Shown here piece after piece: positions 45,923 through 48,011 of a stretch of 48,011 bases of DNA. This DNA is from Candidatus Omnitrophota bacterium (GTDB lineage Bacteria; Omnitrophota; Gorgyraeia; Duberdicusellales; Duberdicusellaceae). The notes below the pieces were generated by a model. It made no database searches, was not told the DNA's origin, and saw only the letters and a list, made by a program, of their open reading frames with translations. Each line of letters starts with the position of its first letter. Within the stretch, counting starts at the first letter, position 1. Both the position numbers and the translations under genes were made by a program. Location of the stretch: contig WFRI01000051.1 in assembly GCA_015486615.1 (NCBI GenBank), forward strand, positions 1 to 48,011, read 5' to 3'.

Positions 45923-47080
45923 TTACTTGCCATAACGTTTAATTAAATCCAGAGCAATAACTATTTTTTGTATTTGGTTTGTTCCTTCGTATATCTGGGT
46001 AATTTTAGCATCGCGCATAAATTTTTCAACAGGATAATCTTTCATATATCCGTAGCCGCCAAAAATCTGCACAGCATCAGTGGCGACCTGCATTGCTGTG
46101 TCTGAAGCAATTAATTTCGCCGCGGCGGACGCCGGGCCGATATTTTTCTCTCCCCTGTCCACTGCCCGTGCGACAGAATAAACTAATGCTCTGGCTGCTT
46201 CTGTTTTTGCAGCCATATCTGCCAGCATCCATTGAATTCCTTGGAAAGAAGAGATTTTTTGGCCAAATTGCATCCTGTTATGGGCATAGGATACGGCTAA
46301 TTCCAAAGCGCCTTGGGCTATACCTACTGCCTGAGCCGCAACGCCCGGCCGGGATTGGTCGAATGTGCGCATTGTAACAATAAAACCCGATCCTTCTTTA
46401 CCTCCTAAGAGGTTTTCTTTAGGTACTTGCATATCTTCAAAAATAAGTTCCCGGGTAGAAGATGCCCGTATGCCTAACTTCTCTTCCTTTTTCCCAAAAG
46501 AAAAGCCTTTTGTGCCTTTTTCTACAATAAAAGCAGATATGCCTCTTGGCCCTTTGTTTTTATTAGTTAATGCTATGATAGTGTAGATTTCCGCATCTCC
46601 ACCGTTAGTGATGAAGTGCTTTAAGCCGTTAAGTATGTATTTGTCTCCCTTTTTTTCTGCCCGGGTAGTTACTGCGGCTGCGTCAGAACCTGCCTCAGGC
46701 TCAGTTAGGGCAAAAGCCGCAAGTTTTTTCCCGCTGGCAATTTCCGGAAGGTATTTCTTTTTTTGTTCTTCTGTGCCGAATAAAAGTATGGGAAACATTC
46801 CCAAAAAAGAGGCCGCATAGGAAGCCGCAACCCCGCCGTCTATACGAGAGATTTCTTCAGTAGCAATACATAAATCTACAAGGCCTCCGCCCATTCCTCC
46901 ATACTGTTCAGGTATGCATATAGAAAACAGGTCAGATTCGGCAAATGTTTTCAGGATATTTTCCGGCAGTTCTTCTTTTTCGTCCCATTCCTGCGAATGC
47001 GGCCGGATTTTCTCTTCAGCAATCTGCCGGCATAAGTCTTTTATCATTTTTTCTTCTTCAGTAAAACCGTAATCAAACAT
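45923..47080 (-). CDS. Acyl-CoA dehydrogenase (butyryl-CoA dehydrogenase-like)
   Basis: 385 aa with ALTEPEAGSDA and QIFGGYGYMKDYPVEKFMRDAKITQIYEGTNQIQ. First gene of the acd-etfB-etfA cluster, with an AGGAGG SD. Confidence 0.9.
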   Translation of the reverse strand: MFDYGFTEEEKMIKDLCRQIAEEKIRPHSQEWDEKEELPENILKTFAESDLFSICIPEQYGGMGGGLVDLCIATEEISRIDGGVAASYAASFLGMFPILLFGTEEQKKKYLPEIASGKKLAAFALTEPEAGSDAAAVTTRAEKKGDKYILNGLKHFITNGGDAEIYTIIALTNKNKGPRGISAFIVEKGTKGFSFGKKEEKLGIRASSTRELIFEDMQVPKENLLGGKEGSGFIVTMRTFDQSRPGVAAQAVGIAQGALELAVSYAHNRMQFGQKISSFQGIQWMLADMAAKTEAARALVYSVARAVDRGEKNIGPASAAAKLIASDTAMQVATDAVQIFGGYGYMKDYPVEKFMRDAKITQIYEGTNQIQKIVIALDLIKRYGK

Positions 47081-47132
47081 TTTTACCTCCTGACTGCTCT
47101 TTGGTTATTTATGGATAAGACTGTAAAACTGT

Positions 47133-47160
47133 ATTATACAAAAAAAATATTTTTTTGCAA
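47133..47160 (-). promoter_or_regulatory. Sigma-70-like promoter for the acd-etfBA operon
   Basis: On the minus strand: -35 TTGCAA (47160-47155), a 16-nt A/T spacer, and -10 TATAAT (47138-47133) preceded by TG. It lies about 50 nt upstream of the AGGAGG SD and the ATG at 47080. Confidence 0.5.
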
Positions 47161-47191
47161 ATGTTATCCCCTACCCCGAATTGACTCACAT

Positions 47192-47255
47192 TAAATCTAA
47201 CCCAAAATATTTTATACGGGATTCGTTGATTCATAATAAATCTAACCGAAAATAT
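47192..47255 (+). mobile_element. Putative left end of the insertion sequence: two subterminal direct repeats TAAATCTAACC(C/G)AAAATAT
   Basis: The 19-mer occurs at 47192-47210 and 47237-47255 with 1 mismatch, just upstream of the transposase ATG. A 7-bp stem (ATATGCC at 47252-47258 pairing with GGCATAT at 47269-47275) can occlude the SD. Confidence 0.45.
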
Positions 47256-47277
47256 GCCTTAAAAAGGAGGCATATTT

Positions 47278-48011
47278 ATGAGTCCAGGAGCCCGTATAGA
47301 ATATCTTGAATCAATAGTTGTCAGATATCGTAAAGCGTCAAAAAAGCAAAAAATAGTTATTCTTAATGAATTCTGCCAAACTTGCGGCTATAACAGCAAA
47401 TACGCCATATACTTGCTTTATACTTTTAAACGATTCACCAAACCTAAGCCTAAAAAACAAGGTAAACCTTCAAAGTATAACCATCCCAATATTATAACGC
47501 CATTGCGCCAAATATGGTTAGCAGCCTATATGCCATGTTCAAAACGCCTTAAGTCAATCTTACCACAATGGATTGGTTTTTATCATAAAGAATATGACCA
47601 TTTGCCAGCAAATGTTGTCCAATTGCTCCTTAAAATATCTGCCCCTACTATCAATAGAATACTAAAGCCTTATAAAGCAAAATACAAAACTAAAGGCAGA
47701 TGCACTACAAAACCAGACACTCTCCTCAAAAAACATATTTTAGTTAAAACAAACCAATGGAATAAATCCCGGCCTGGCTTCATGGAAGCCGATACCGTAG
47801 CCCCTTGCGGCCAGCGTTTAGAAGACGATTTTACGTATATTGTCGATTACGTTGATATCGCTACTACGCAGACAGAACAACGTGCTATCTGGAGCAAAGG
47901 CGAAACCGGCGTCCTTGAATAAACAAAAGATGTGGAAAATTCTATCCCTTTTGACCTGCTTGGCTTTGATTGTGACAACGGTTCAGAATTCTTAAACTGG
48001 CACTTGCTTAG
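47278..48011 (+). pseudogene. DDE (rve/integrase-core type) transposase, interrupted by an in-frame TAA; truncated by the window end
   Basis: A 214-codon ORF (HTH-like N-terminus, then FMEADTV) ends at the TAA at 47920-47922. The same frame continues TKDVENSIPFDLLGFDCDNGSEFLNWHLL, a D-x-G-S-E-F catalytic region. An AAGGAGG SD lies at 47264-47270. Confidence 0.7.

Noticed and set aside
47920-47922. The in-frame TAA in the transposase could indicate an alternative genetic code or programmed read-through.
   Set aside because: TAA ends other genes I checked at expected positions (for example rfaE2 at 309-311, FmdB at 25632-25634 and aspS at 13793-13795), and all housekeeping ORFs are full length under the standard code. 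Other apparent substitutions at conserved positions support a pseudogene.
1-48011. I looked for tRNA (T-loop GGTTCGAATCC-like), rRNA, RNase P, SRP RNA and tmRNA hallmarks, and for defence, toxin-antitoxin, retron or secretion gene sets.
   Set aside because: I could find none by eye. Structured-RNA detection without covariance-model software is unreliable, so absence is not proven.

Overview
AT-rich, very gene-dense 48-kb chromosomal segment. It probably comes from an uncultivated anaerobic diderm bacterium, judging by heptose/LPS genes, a TonB-like protein, Lgt and a Bcd-Etf module; this lineage is a guess. I call 46 protein-coding genes on the minus strand, many overlapping by 4-50 nt, and almost all are core housekeeping. 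They include rfaE2-gmhA-pfk, accBC, efp, aroQ, trxB, aspS-hisS, HU/IHF, dnaE, guaA, accD, trpE, hisI, truA, nadE, trxA, lgt, the dnaG-rpoD pair, smc and acd-etfBA. The only plus-strand gene is a decayed DDE transposase at the right edge. By eye I found no rRNA, tRNA, CRISPR array, or recognisable defence, secretion or biosynthetic island, and I see no convincing novel multi-gene protein system. The most unusual signal is non-coding. Most of the larger intergenic spacers carry pieces of one dispersed mosaic repeat family: an ATGTCCAAYGTCGAA box, GTTAGAAG boxes, AATCTN hexamer runs, a TTCGACTTTG box, and a perfect 16-bp-stem hairpin followed by a GGTGCCGGTAAGAAA tail. Two hairpin copies differ by one compensatory base-pair change. 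Other non-coding structures are a 27-bp tandem hairpin array upstream of guaA, a hexamer-built palindrome, an inverted-repeat-bounded 227-bp element, and plus-strand terminator-like hairpins opposite to gene orientation. Secondary protein-level observations: a bacterial-type AspRS without the GAD insertion, EF-P with Arg at the loop tip, a PPi-type residue signature in PFK, a CarCDE-like bifurcating Etf module, a Cys-rich DUF6485 ORF coupled to trxB, and a CBS-less GuaB3-type IMPDH homologue next to guaA. Several track ORF starts are TTG-extended artefacts and were trimmed to the first plausible ATG.
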